A DNA stretch of 63,924 nucleotides, filler included, from Rhabdomonas costata (GCA_019059605.1; 20 parts of 20 records of this genome joined end to end with filler, not necessarily neighbours in it), one strand, 5' to 3'. Counted from the first letter of the whole stretch, positions 25,641-38,999 are shown. The notes: generated by a model from the sequence alone, not told the origin. Numbers and translations are program-made.

Positions 25641-27531
25641 GTGGGCTGCGAGATGTCTGTGTCCGAGGACAATAACGGAAGCCGGGAAACTTCCGGTGTG
25701 GTGATGCGGACCTACAACCGAGGCTTCGCGCGGCTGGTGGCGATCAGTTCTTTGATTGGCGACCGCAATGTCCCTTTCGACCGCCGCAACGTCGGCGTGG
25801 AACAGCTGGTGGAGAGAGGGAGGGGCCTTCCTGGCTGGAAGGGTTTAAAGTATGCACAGTGGAGCGAGCTGCGAGCCGAGCACGGGCAGAAGCGGGAGCA
25901 AAAGCAGAGCAATTACTGGTTCTTAGGGAAGTTCTTAGGGAAGCCTATTTGAACGGCATTGACGGAAAGCCGCATGAGGCCGCGATAATTATGTACACGG
26001 TCGAGTCCTGTTTGTACCGCTCCGTGAATGCAGTTTTGCGGGACCGTGATGAGTCCAAGGCCCACCTCGCCCCTTTTGTTCAACTGCTGTAGACCGCCGT
26101 CCGGCAGCTTGCTGAAACAAAACCCGACAAAGAAAGGTGCTTCCGAACCCTAAGCTTGAGCGGCACGCTCAACTTCATCTCCTTCGAGGGGTTTCTGTCC
26201 TGCACCATGCCGGCGAAGTGGGCGCTGGACTTAATGGAGGAGTGGCACACCAACACCCTTCTGGTGATCTCGGTGAGCAATCCCGCGAACCCTCGGTGTT
26301 GCCCTGCGGTCATCTCCCATTTGTCCGCGTACCCTGAAGAGGAGGAAGCGCTTTATCCGATGGGCCAGCAGTTCCGACTGAAAAACGCGGAGAAGTTGAG
26401 CATCGAGCATCTCCGTGAGAAACTGGTGATTGGCAACGAGACTGGAAACTAGAGCAGGGAGGATGCTTTATTTGTCGAGATGGAAGCCCTAGACGAGATT
26501 CTGAGGCAAGGGAGGCCATTCAAAACCGTCTTCGAGCAGATGAGCAGACCTTTGGAGGTGGCACTGGGGGTAGATCGGTTTGCAAGCTTGCTTCAGGAAG
26601 AGGGGGGCTATGGCGAAGCGGAGTCTCTCTACCGAGAGGCTTTAAGAATCAGACAGCAGAAACTAGGTGACGACCATGTTGACATCGCCTCGAGCATGAA
26701 TAACCTGGATGGGCTGTTCCGAGTGCAGGGAAAATACTCCGAAGCTGAGCCCCTTTACCGAGAACCGTTGAGGATTTGGATAGAGCAGCTTGGAATTGAT
26801 CATCTGTATGGCGCCACGGGCCTGAATAACCTGGGGCTCCTGTGCAAAGCACAGGCCAGATATTCCGAATCCGATCCTCTTTACCGGGAAGCCTTGGAAA
26901 TCCGCAAGCAGCAGCTCGGAGAAGATCATCCCGACGTAGCCTCGAGCTTAAACAACCTGGCAGGATTGTGCCAATCCCAGGGGAAATTCTTCGAAGCGGA
27001 GCCCCTCTACCGAGAAGCTCTTAGGATAGGTAAACAGCAGCTTGGTATTCCTCACCCCATCGTTGCCCAGAGTATGAGCAACCTGGCGGTTTTGCTCGAC
27101 GCTCAAGTCAAATACTCGAGGAAGAACCTCTGTACCAAGAGGCAGACAACAACTTGGAAATGACCATTCCGACGTTGCCATGGGCTTGAATAACCTCGCA
27201 CATTTGTACCAATCCTAGGATGAATACTCCAAAGCCGAGCCTCTCTACAAAGAGGCTCTCGGGATCAGCAAGCAGCATCTTGGGGATGAACATCCAGACG
27301 TTTCCACCAGCCTGAATTTTATACAACAGTGCCATATTATTCAGGGTAACTACACCGAGGCCGAGCCTCTCTACATGGATCAGCAGGCAGCATTTTGGGA
27401 ATGTGCACCCCGAGGTTGCCGCGACCTTTCAAAACCTCAGCCAGCTTTACTATGACCAACGGAAGCTCTCCGAAGGGGAGCGGTTCTATGAAGAGGCGGC
27501 GAGTATCAGGATGAAGCTGCAAATTTCCTAA
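25641..27531 (+). pseudogene. Intronless ADP-ribosyltransferase (R-S-E type) + kinesin-light-chain-type TPR repeat protein, disrupted
   Basis: One frame from 25859 to 27120 carries 'AIIMYTVESCLYRSVNAVLRDRD', 'CFRT', 'GFLSCT' and 'ISHLSAYPEEEEALYP'. About 8 42-aa TPR units follow (AEPLYREAL.IR.QQLG.DHPDVASSLNNLA). There are in-frame TAGs at 26090, 26450 and about 27216, frameshifts near 27120-27145 and 27375, and a final TAA at 27529-27531. Confidence 0.85.
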
Positions 27532-30500
27532 TTGTGTGGAATGTGTGCGGTTGTGTGGGATGGCTCTGTATTGTTTTTATAATCCATTCGGGTGCTTAAT
27601 TTTGCCACTTGTGCCATTGTTACCTGTGAGCGATTGTGTGGGCCCATCCTTCCTCATCCTCCAAGTCAGGATATTGCGCGTGGATACGACAGGAATGAAT
27701 GGGTGTAACCATCCGTTTGGTGGTCGAACAAGCGTAGTGGCAGGTGGGTTGATGGATGTTGAGAGAAATGGAAGGCGAGAGATCAAGATGTGAAGGTTTC
27801 GTCGCTCTTTACGCTCGGAATTTGTCTCGGACTACATGGTTCCAAAATGACCCTTCAGTCCGGAGTCAAATGTACAAAAAAATGTCCAAAAATGACACGA
27901 ATTCCGATAAAAGCTCAGCGGAAAGTTGTTTTTTTTTGCTGTTGTCGGGAAACCGTTCGGAAACGGAATTGACGACGCGTACACATTGGGTCGATGTTGA
28001 ATTTTATGTGAAAAACCAGGCTACATAGGAAAAAGGGGAAGCGCAGGGAAATCGAGCGAACGGAAAAAAGAAGACCTCAAGCCTGCGAGGTTCTCCTGTG
28101 TAGCGTTTGACATTGATCTTCATCAATGTGATGGCCACCAAAGGAACAACACGAGGCAAGGCGTGTAAAAAAAGAAAGGGGGAATAGAAGGGAAAAGGTG
28201 CTTGAGCGTAAGGCGCCGCGGCCATTATAATAATATTAGGTACGGGACACCGGAAAATCAGAACAAGACCACTTTCTCAGCAAACAGCCGTTTGGAGAAT
28301 TGATTAATACTTTCACGGAAAAAATCGCGCGTTCGGCGCCGTAAACTCTGCCTTTTAGGGTCCCCGGCGAGAAAACTCCCCGGCATGGCTTTTGTGCCTC
28401 ATTATCCTTTAGGCCGTGGGCCCGGTTTTCGGCACCCCCAGCCCCATCTAACATGCCCGCATGGTGGGCTTTGGTCTTTTCTCTCGCTGCCCGCGCCAAG
28501 GCGCGAGACTTGCCGCTTCCCCCCTTTTTGCCCGCGCCACGCGCCTCCGGCGTTTCCTTCGGACCCTGCGCCCCACAATTTGTTCCCCCCACTTCTTCCA
28601 CTCCAGCCTCGTGTTTCCTTTGTTTGCCCGCGCGTCTCTCCTAGAATTTTTCGGAAGCTCCTCTCAACAGCCTTTTTGTAAGGGCTTGTTCGCCGGGCCT
28701 GCATGCCAGCCCTGCGAACAAGCCCTTACAAAAACACNNNNNNNNNNNNNNNNNNNNNNNNNNNNNNNNNNNNNNNNNNNNTTAATTAATTAANNNNNNN
28801 NNNNNNNNNNNNNNNNNNNNNNNNNNNNNNNNNNNNNGTGTTGTGGGGCACGTGATAACAGAGAAAGTGTACGACGTAATTTTTGGCAGGGGGAGGCATT
28901 GAAGGATTTCAGGGACAGTGGCCGATTTTACCAGGGTGCACCGGACCGGGGCGCTGATCCTTGAGGTAGCAAGCGTTCTACTCCTCTAGGTTCGGCGTCG
29001 GGCACCCCGTTTTCCATGTACCATAGGTCCCGGCCCGCTTCTTCCAGGCCAAGTCCACAGAGAATTGGCGCGAGGGCAATACAGAAGAGTTCGGTTCTGC
29101 TGCCGGATTTGTTCGTCGCCTTTTGAGGTTGTGCTTTTGGTAATTTTTTGTGAGTTGCCAACTGCCTGCTCGCAGCAAATCAGAACGTGCCCTACGATTC
29201 GTTACATGGTGGACGTGGTCATGGCGAAGCGCGCACTGCACTGGCACCGGCTCCCTGACGGCCTTTAAGAGCTTTTCCCCCAAGTGAAGACGTCCTGGCG
29301 AGCATCCACGACAACACTGGTTTTCTGCTGTGCCAAGCAAACGAATGAGAGAGCAGGCAATCACTGATGTTTGAAGATAAAGGCCCCGGTAGATAGGAGA
29401 GGGCGGAGAAGCACAGCAAATGATAGATGAACAGTAGCGCGTGCAGGACCTTGTGTACGCAGAATGTTGTTTGGGGTGGGGGTGGGGGTGACAATAATAA
29501 GACAAGCGCGGCGAGGAAAAGAAACCCTCCTAGCCACAGCTCAGCCTGTAGGGCGACACCTGTCAGCCCAGGACCTTCGGGCACACTCTCTCTCTGTCGC
29601 CTTCCAGTGGTATTAAGTCAACGGAAACGCACAACCTTACCCCTCGGCAAGGCTCTCATGGCTGGTTGATGTGCTTCCTCTTGTTCTTGACCTGGCGGAT
29701 CCAGTCGCTGATGGCATCTGAGGCAGAACAAGCGTGATAAACAAAGAAGCAACCACCCAAAGTCGGATTTCGCTGGCCGAGAGGATGCGGCCTGACAGCC
29801 ACCAGCCTACCAAAAGCCGACTCTGGAACACAACGTCAAAAACACGTGCACTCTCTCACAAGATGTGCCGTGTAGGTGTATCCGCACGGCAACAAACCGA
29901 AGGTGACCAGCATGATCCCGCCACCAGGGCCCAGCCGCAGCAGGCGCATCCCCAGCCCCTTGTAGCGCTTATACTCTTCCTGTTGGTTTGTCCTAGGCCC
30001 CGTTTAGGTTCCACCTCAAGAGGCTCTGGGGACTCGTTTCGAGAAACACACATATATTTATCCCCGCGGACACGTTTTTTTGGATAATCAGAAACCTGAC
30101 ACACAACCGTTATGTCGAAAACTGAGGTAGTTTTTTAAAAGAAAAGTGCTGCAACTCCTGGAATAACTGGAAAACAAATCGCCTATTGAGTTTAGAGATA
30201 AACTACCTCAGTTTTCGATGTAACGGTTTTTCTAAATCAGCACTTCACACCGATGACTGCATCGTTTGCTCACAGGTGCTTGATTCTTCTCGATTGGGTC
30301 GGATGCAACACTTGCCAGCATCAAAAGACCAAGAACCAAACAGAAGACTATTCGTGCAAAATTTTTGCACCCAAAACTCCCATAGAGGTTAAATTGAAAG
30401 CTTGCCCTCATTGCGCAGCAATCCAAATAAACTTGTCCACAGCGATATCGAGTGTCCCAAACTTTATGGCTGAATATATTTTTCATTTCGCCGCCTCAGC

Positions 30501-31152
30501 AAAAGCTGCGTCGGAACATCCGCCACAGAAGCGCACATGTACACAGTGCAGGTTGCGCGGGGGTTTTGTGCAGCTGATGTGTCAAGACTATGTAGCCCTG
30601 CGTTATGGAAATTCTAGAGAAGTGAAGGGTGTCAAACAGGGTAAACATGGCTGTATGTGAAAACAGGCAAGGCACCCTAACCCTGGGTAAGTGAAATGTG
30701 CCCGATAATATATTCAGCCATAAATTTTGGGACTTCAACCCCATACAGGACCAGTGTGCAAACCTTGATTTTTTTCTTTACCTGTGGGCTTATTGGATTG
30801 TCTGGTGAGCACAACCCGCGCCTTCACCCGCTCTTTTGGCTGCCGCACAGTACGTGCCGGTAAAAATCTGGACAGGAATACGTTTCTAAAGACCGACAGA
30901 TCCGACCCCATTCCCTTCAGCAGCTTTGCTGTTGAATTCCTTTTTTTCTCCAACAGCAGCTGCGAACAGTGGGAACAGATTAAATTACGCGCGGTGGAAA
31001 AGCCGCTTTCGTCCTGACGTCTTGGGTCTTGGGTCATTCTCCCCGCAACACCTGTTTTCCCGCCGTTTTGCAGCAGCCTGCAAACCCTTTTTGTGTCTCA
31101 CTCCCTCTCGTCCCTTGTACTTCTTCCTCTTTACCTTTATAAGAAAAACAAA

Positions 31153-31832
31153 ATGGGCCACGACGAGCTCTCCTTCCTGGAGCACGTGATTGCTGGGGGT
31201 GGGGCTGGGATTGTAGAGATCCTGGTGATGTACCCCACGGATGTGCTGAAGACCCGGTGCGCACGTGTGCGTCTGTCAATTTCGTTCGTCTTGATCATTC
31301 TTTCAAGAGTGAGGTTAGTGTGTTTTCAGTGACCCAAAAGGGGCTTTTCTCCGATAGGGGTTCTCTCCGCCTTTCTCGGTCCTTCGGGTTGAAGTCATCC
31401 CCCAAGACTTTTAAACATAATGCAAGTAGCCTGACTTGAAGCTCTGTTGATCGGTTTGACTTCCAGTTTGCAACGGAACGCCTGCAAGCGCAAACATTGT
31501 AAGGTTAGAAATCCCTCGCCCTGAAACCTTGAGAGCTGCATTTTTGGAGCGGGGGGTTTCCTTCCAGGTTTCAGCTGGCGACGGGCAGCGCGCGGCCCAA
31601 CCTGGTGCAGACCGTGAAGACCATGCTGGCGCAGGACGGAGTGGCGATCTTCTACCGCGGCATCGTCGCGCCGATCTTCAGCGAGGCCCCCAAGCGGGCC
31701 GTGAAGTTCAGCTCCAACGAGTACTACCGGAAGCTGTTCGCGGACAAGAACGGCAAGCTGGACTTCTGGAGGTACTTCGGGGCCGGAGCCAGCGCCGGGA
31801 TGACGGAGGCCGTGGTGAACTGCCCCTTTGAG
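31153..31832 (+). CDS. Mitochondrial carrier, 2-oxodicarboxylate carrier (ODC/SLC25A21)-like, 5' part; exons 31153-31256, 31568-31832
   Basis: 'AGGGAGIVEILVMYPTDVLKTR|FQL' (PxDxxKxR), 'FYRGIVAPIFSEAPKRAVKF' (ODC-type contact point), 'AGMTEAVVNCPFE'. Confidence 0.9.
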
Positions 31833-32328
31833 GTGCTGTGCACTCTTTTTTGGGATTTCCTTCCCGTCGTTTCCTCGGTTCTCCTCACGAAACCCTCCAG
31901 CCAGGTTGCACAGAAGCGAAACGATCTTAAATGAATNNNNNNNNNNNNNNNNNNNNNNNNNNNNNNNNNNNNNNNNNNNNTTAATTAATTAANNNNNNNN
32001 NNNNNNNNNNNNNNNNNNNNNNNNNNNNNNNNNNNNGTGTTGGTTGTTTGGGGTGGGTGGTAGCTTCTCACTGATCTCCTCGATCGTCGTTGTGTCTGTT
32101 GGAAAGCGAAACCGAGAGCGGAGGGTGAAGCAGCACGGGTGAGCAGGTCATCACCCCTCAAGAGACCTCTCCTTATAAAAAGACTGACAACTGCAAAACC
32201 TCCAAAGGGTGTAAGGTCCTGTCTCTTTCCACTGCGACCCTCCCTCTGAGCCAATTTTAACTCACTGAGCCTCTGATCCCCGATTGCGTTGCATCAAAAC
32301 TTCCAAGAGAGTGGTGGGGGGGTCGCAC

Positions 32329-34736
32329 CAGAGTTGTAGTTGATGTACAGCGTGCGCGATGAGAAGTCCACCTGAAAGGGACAAAGAGAGGCCCATGCAG
32401 AAGCAACCGCATTGATGCATTTATGAATTATGATCATGCATTACTTCTACCAACCAGTATCACAATTTCCAGCGTTTAAACAACAGCAGTACTTGAGTAG
32501 AAGGGAACAGGACAAGGAGTGCATGCGAGAATACGGGGAGAGAGGACAAAAATGAGTTCAGCAAAGACGTGGGACAAAAAACAGCGGTATATGGATCAGC
32601 GCAGAGAGAGAGAGAGAGAAGGAGAGAAGTTTTGACGAGGAAAATGCGCCGATTTGTTCAAGAAGGATGACGATGGGAAAACGGAAAGACGTGCGGAGGG
32701 TGAGGGGTGCGGTTTTAATGTGAAAAGAAGAGGCGACTGCAATCAACCGGGCGGTGCGGCGAGAAAGAAGCGCGTCCCATGCATCCTCGTAACACAGCTA
32801 CCAAACGGGAAAGCCTGGAAGGCAAAGAGAGGGAGTCACAACGCCACAACATTTCATGTTTTCTCCTCGAAAAACTACCCATAAAGATGCTGTGAGATTC
32901 AGTCGGGACCCCCACACACACACACAAACGCTCTGGGGACTGAACCTGCGATCCAATGCAAGGGAGGCTCCGATGTGCGCATGTATGAGTGTGATGATCG
33001 TCTAACAACGCATCTGTCGATGCGCGTAGCCTTTGCGGGAGGGTAGGGGAGGGGAGGGGAGCAGTGCAAACCGCACAGGAGGTGACCCCAGGAGTGATCC
33101 TGCGCACAGTGCTCTGCAGCATCAGGGCGCAGCTCTGGCAGTCCACCCCGGTGAGGTGCAGGGAGGCTGTGGCGATGTTGAGGTTCAGCAGCGTTGCAGC
33201 GGCATCGCTGCCGCCCTCCGTGAAGGGATCGCCCTCCTCACTGGTGGCAACGCTGCTGCCCCCCGGCGGGGCCTGCCGCGACGCCGCCTTCGTGCAGAAC
33301 CGGTGCAGCAGGGCACACTCTTGCTCGGTCGTCTGCCAAACAGAGAAGGAGATGCAGAGAGGGTGCGTGCGTGCGAGTGCATGAAGTGGTTCCTGGGTGA
33401 AGGTTGAAAAGAAGGGAGTAATGTCGATGTTACTTTGGGCGTGTTCAAAACTCAGGCTTCTTTTTTCCAAGATGATTTTCAGATGCTGGAAAAATCTTCC
33501 CTTGCGAATTGGAAATTGCAGGGTTTATGCCAAAATATACACTACGAGCACCAGAATATAGCAGCAATTTGAAAGATAAAGCACAAGACATACACTTCAA
33601 ACCCCATTTCCACCACTGTTTTCGAGTCCGCAAGCGTGGGGTTTACTTCTGTTAAACATGAGTAGACACCCAGGGGCGAGGTTACCAACCTTGGAAGCAG
33701 GCTCCTTTGCACTAGCCCACTTCCTCCAGTGCACAATTCCTCCGGTACACGAAGGCCGATAGGTGTGTTGTTAGGAAGGACCGTCGAGAGAGAGAGAGAA
33801 GGAGAGAGGAACCGGGTCAGGTTCCTCGCTCAAGTCAAACGCGGTGTGGAGCAGCTCTGAGTGAACCTTAATCGAGCGCAGCACTCGCGCGACCTGTGGC
33901 GGAAAGAACCCCAAATGCGCCATTCGCCCAAAATGCCTCCAACAGAAGAGGAACCAAGGACGTCGGGGAGGCATGCTTTCGGTACGTTTCGGTTCAGTGC
34001 TTTTCATCCGAAGAAAGAAACACAGGACTATGTCATCCCGCAGACATGAAAAGAGGATATGTCCAGTGTCAAGTGGAATCTTGGAAAAGGAAGGAGGGAG
34101 AGAGAGAGGGAGCACCGATGCGATGGATTCCTCCACTGCTTCGTGGCAGACTTGGACAGACAAATGGTTCCTGTACAGGTTGAACCAGCAAGCCACGTAG
34201 TTCTTCTGGTCCTGTGGTGAGGACAGAAAAAAGATACGCAGCGCGCCTGCAAAGAAGCGAACGCGGAGTGTGCGCTCGTATTTCTGTAATTAACGATAGA
34301 AAGTAATAGAAAAAAGTTTCGAGAGCGGAGGGCGGGTGAGGGGTATGGCGCCTGGATAACGTGACGGATCTTCGCCGCACAACTCACGCACTTCACCCCC
34401 AGAAGGTCGAAGACAACACTAATGTTGCCTGTGGAAGGGAAACGAAAGGACAACACAGCGCTCATGCTGTTGTGAACGGAAACAGAAACTCGCGACACTC
34501 ATTGCCAAGGGTCAGAAACACAAAACCGACATGCGCTAACATGCGCTTTTTCCAATCCTGCTCGGATCTATTCCACAACTAAATCGGATCCATTGCTAAA
34601 CGCCTCAAAAATGCGTGACACGGGATTTCAGTAGTCGCACTGGCGATTGAACCGCAACGGTGCGCCAGTGCGGCAAACCTTTTACGTTGGAGGCAAACCC
34701 AATGTTCCTCAGCGTGTTGATCACTGCCGTACTCAT
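32329..34736 (-). CDS. Heavy-metal-associated (HMA) domain protein, probably the N-terminus of a P1B Cu-ATPase; exons 34736-34679, 34428-34352, 34211-34116, 33893-33813, 33332-33072, 32371-32329
   Basis: Two GxxCxxC motifs: 'FDLLGVKCVSCAAKIRHVIQ' and 'LHLTGVDCQSCALMLQSTVRRITPGVTSCA|VDFSSRTLYINY'. Phases are consistent. The ATPase core is not in the contig. Confidence 0.75.
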
Positions 34737-35503
34737 CGTACTTTGAGAGAGTGACGGAGAGGCGATTTGAGGATCCAACAGATTTTGGAATTGAGCTGCC
34801 TTTTCGCGGGCACTGTCCAGCGATATCTGACGAAATAAAGCAGGAAGGAGGTCCAGAAGGTGCTTCAAACCAAACTGCGGGAAAAATTGACGCCTACAAA
34901 TTGAGCTGGAAGCAACGAAACCGCATGGAAACCGCAAAAAGAACGGCTGAAACTTGTGCATACCTCTCGAAACATGGTCAGCACATGCGGACCGTGAGTT
35001 TCGAACAAAAATATCCGGTTGTGTTTCGGGGCGCATCTGAAAAGGCATGCAACAAAACAACGCAATGAAAGTTTCTCACGGAGAAAACCCCCCGCCTTCC
35101 AAAAAAACGTTGGCCAATAGTGAAAAACACACNNNNNNNNNNNNNNNNNNNNNNNNNNNNNNNNNNNNNNNNNNNNTTAATTAATTAANNNNNNNNNNNN
35201 NNNNNNNNNNNNNNNNNNNNNNNNNNNNNNNNTTAATCTGTATGCCTGAGTTTCTTACAGTGCTTTTATTCACGTAGGTCCAGAGCTGCCGCCGCGGGAG
35301 CAATCCAGGACCACTCCCGAGGTGTGTCCTTCGCATCTCGTGTTTCGGTGAGCGTTCCCGCATCGACATGAGTGCTGGTGCGTCAGAAGAAAGAATGAAA
35401 AAGAGAGAAATCAGTCTGTAACATTCCGAACCGAAGTCTTTTACCCTGTTTTTGGTCTCAAAATTTTTGTCGAGACGAGCGAAGCCCATAGTTGAAGTTT
35501 CGG

Positions 35504-35732
35504 CCTGGGAGGCAAAATACAGTAAGACTCCGGTCCTTTCAGATTAGGTAAACCGTGCAAAGACGAAGTTTTGGGGCAAAGGATAGCTTTTTGAAGATGA
35601 CAGGGGTGTGTTTCTGGTTCACACCGTGCTCCTTCAACCCCCAAATATCAGGCGGGGCACTGACTGCCTGATTTTGTACCGCTCAGCTCTAGAACGTGCG
35701 CTCTACCAACTGCCACAAAAGTCTCAGTTTAC
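35504..35732 (+). repeat. Dispersed non-coding repeat (MITE/SINE-like), copy 1
   Basis: Shares collinear blocks CCTGGGAGGCAAAATAC, GTGCAAAG.CGAAGTTT, TTTTGAAGATGA, CACTGACTGCC and AAAGTCTCAGTTTAC with 44865-45143. Confidence 0.8.
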
Positions 35733-36046
35733 TTAGTGTACTCGGGTTCCCTTCCTTTTTCACCTTTTTGGGGCCTCAGCTTTCGACTTGGGTAGGCCTC
35801 TTATTTTGTGAGCTCCACGAACCCTCGCGAAAGGTTGGGGAGCGGAGTCCCGTAGCCTCCCCCTTCCCGCTGCCGCTGTGGCGGCGGGGCCGCTCGGACC
35901 TTTCCTCGAAGCGGAGCCGCGCCCTTATCGCCGGGGCAAATGCTCAGAGCCCTCCTCTTCGAAGGACGCACTCCGCGCCGACCGCTTCGCACCTTCCGCT
36001 CTCGCCAGACCCCCACGCCGCCCAGGCCGGAGCCAATGGCGGGGCA

Positions 36047-38330
36047 ATGAGCCCTGAGGCACAGCTGTTACGGGCCTATGAGCTGATTGCCAGTGGTGTG
36101 TGTATTGATGTGCTTGGGCCACTGCATGGGTGCTGCATTGAATGGCTATTTTGTTTCACTCATTCATTGCTACCTCTAAGTGGCTCCTCGGCTTTCAGGA
36201 AAGGAGCCCGAGCACTGGAAGGGTGTGCTCCTACCAGGACATCGCGTGCTCTCCCTCGCTGCGGCTACAAGCCCCTGCTCCTCTGCTGCTGCCCCCACCC
36301 CAAGCATGGGTGCCTGCCCTTTCACCCCAAGTATCATGGCACACCTCCCTTTCTGTCATTTTCAATTAAACCCGCGCGAACGCCAGCAGATTAGCACCTT
36401 GCTGTAAACACACTCACTCACTCATCACTCACTCACAGCACCGTTCGCTTCAACGGTACCTGCGCCCGTTAGTCCGCAGTGGTCATCAACACTCAATTAG
36501 GCAACAGCCAGCGCACTATACGCCCAACACACATTCTCTCTCTTCCCCTATATTTCAGTTTGACAATGGCAAGGGGATGCAGCGATGGGATGTCAGAAGT
36601 TCTCGTTTGGTCATTTCTTATTCCCCAATTTCATCTGAATTCACCTGGATTCTTAGATATTAATGCAGGTCTGGTATTCTTTTGTTGAATAATGTGCGAT
36701 CATCCTGTTCAACTTGAATCCTTGAACGCACTATGGAGTACGTCAAACAACAAGTTCCACCCTGTTATCTGCTGGTTCACGATGAATTTCCCCCTGGCGG
36801 TATTGAGCGAACCGCCGCCTTTGCGTGGTTGCGACTGTTCTTGTGGGGCATATGGGACATATCCATCTTTCTCTAATGAGCTTTTTCTGCTTCTGGTGGT
36901 TCAGGCCCGGTGGCGGTAGCTGCGGTTGCACCAGTCGCCACCACAGCCTCTCCTGAGTCAAAGCCATCACCAGCTCCATCTCCAGTGTCCCAGGTCACGT
37001 TTGCGCCGTCTTTCTCTCTGTCTTCATTCAGGGGCTGCTGGGCTTGCAGGGGGTGCTTGGCTATGGAGCCCAACAGTCCACTTTACTTGTACTTATTGCA
37101 ATGTTCACATATTTGCACATTTCCACTTTTCGGGAAATACGTTGTCTCCATTAACGACTGAGAGCAATTCAATCGAACAATTTGCATTCGTAGCGCGTAA
37201 TGTCGTTCGCAGACAATTCTTAACATGCTGGGCGCGCACCCTGCCAAGCACCACGACGAGGTCCCTGTAGTGGAGGAGGAAGAGATGGAAGTCCCCGCCA
37301 AGATCCCTGATGCCGCGGTGCTGATGAGGAAGCACGTTGCAGACATGAGGCGGAGAGACAGCCGAGCTAGGGCACTCTCCCTGGCTTACGGCTCCACCGC
37401 TGACCTCCCCGTGGAGCAGCCCGTGACGCCATCCTCTTACAACCGCCCGGAGATGAAGATAACCCCACGACACCGAATCAGCCGTGCCAGCGTATGGGAT
37501 GCACTGGAGGGAGTCCCCGCGATGCCTGCCACAACCCCCCGACTGGCCCGGCTGCTTTCCGTGGCTGCCGTGGATGAGGCGGAGCAGCTGCGGAAAAAGG
37601 TTGCCGAGCTTGAAAGAGAAGCGCACGCTTCCACTGCTGCAAGCACCGAGGCTGACACCGGGGCCGTCGCAAGTCCGCTGTCTCCTCTCTATGGCAGCGA
37701 CGAAGAGGAGGGCAAGAGGAAGACCAAGCCCTTTTTCTGGATGGCCTCTCCCAGAGGAACGGAGCCAAACGAAACCTCTACGGACGATGACCCCCCCGCC
37801 GGGAAAACGAGTTCACCCCCGAGGGTAAACTCCAGGGTGTGCTTCCGGAGAGGCTCTTCGGCTGTCACTTGCCTATCCAGCTCCTCACCCGCGCCCAGCG
37901 GTGTGAAACAACCACCGGCTCCGTGTCTCAAGCGGAGGCCTTCTCCTGAGCCCCGTTTGCAGAGCAGCTCCTTGGCCCCATCCGTGGCTGCTGGTTCAAT
38001 TTCTCCGGGCCCAAGCGAGGGGGGTGATGACATGCCTCAGCTGGAGAACCTTCTCACGGATCTCATTTCGTCAAAGCACCAGCCTCGATTGTCGCTCCCA
38101 GTGAGTTCGGAAGTTTCCTTTTCCTCAAGTTCTGGTGCTCCGACTTCGGCTGCGACAGCGACCCTTGCTTCTGCATCAGCTTCTTCGCACCAGCCGTTCC
38201 CAGCACCTGCATACTCTCTCCAGCTCATTTTTGAGGCTTTACTGGAAGAGGGACCCCAACGGCGAGGTGGGACAGGGTGTTCACCCAAGCCCACCGTCCC
38301 TCGTCGTGTGAGTTTTTCCAACAACCCCCC
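36047..38330 (+). CDS. Hypothetical Ser/Pro/Ala-rich, probably disordered protein, 5' part; exons about 36047-36095, 36199-36309, 36905-36993, 37213-contig end
   Basis: Phase-consistent GT-AG exons lead into an open frame of more than 370 codons with a short coiled coil (EAEQLRKKVAELERE). No family was recognised. Confidence 0.6.
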
Positions 38331-38999
38331 NNNNNNNNNNNNNNNNNNNNNNNNNNNNNNNNNNNNNNNNNNNNTTAATTAATTAANNNNNNNNNNNNNN
38401 NNNNNNNNNNNNNNNNNNNNNNNNNNNNNNCGGGCAAGCAGCACATGGTTACATTCGGGGGGGGGGTGGCGGGATGCGATAAGTTGATGACAAAGAATGC
38501 AGCCCGTAGGAGGCGGGGTTAAATAATCCTGTTGCCCAGCAAAGACATGCTTCAAATAAACTCATGGAGTATGGAGATCCCCGACTCAACGTCGGCCTGT
38601 GAGATGAGTTAACAAACAGTGAACAGGAAGCAAGTTAGGTTCCATAGTTCGTTCAGCATTCTGAGTACGAAGGTAGCAGTAGTAGTCAGGAGCAGATGCG
38701 TAAAATAGAAATGCAATGGGTCCGCAAGTAATGCGCACATTAGACATGGAAGAGGAGGGGAAAATAGGACATATTTGGGACATTTAACGTTAGTGGAGCG
38801 GTGACTTGAGCGGATAAGAGAAGGATTGCAAAGAGAAGGGATGTCCGGTTTCATGTCAAGCTTTGCATCGAAAGTGGGAAAAGAAGCTGGAAGCTTTCCA
38901 CCACACTCCCAAAGCCACGCACGAACCAAATGCGCCTGCGAACATTCGGTGCAACGCGAGCGCTAATGCACGCTGCATAGAAGCATCAAGCGCGGGCGC

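Noticed and set aside
26090..27220. TAG reassigned to Gln (three in-frame TAGs in the ART-TPR gene, one at a conserved Q position)
   Set aside because: The same gene also has frameshifts and deletions, no conserved exon elsewhere contains in-frame TAG, and Piezo terminates on TAG. Pseudogenisation is the simpler explanation.
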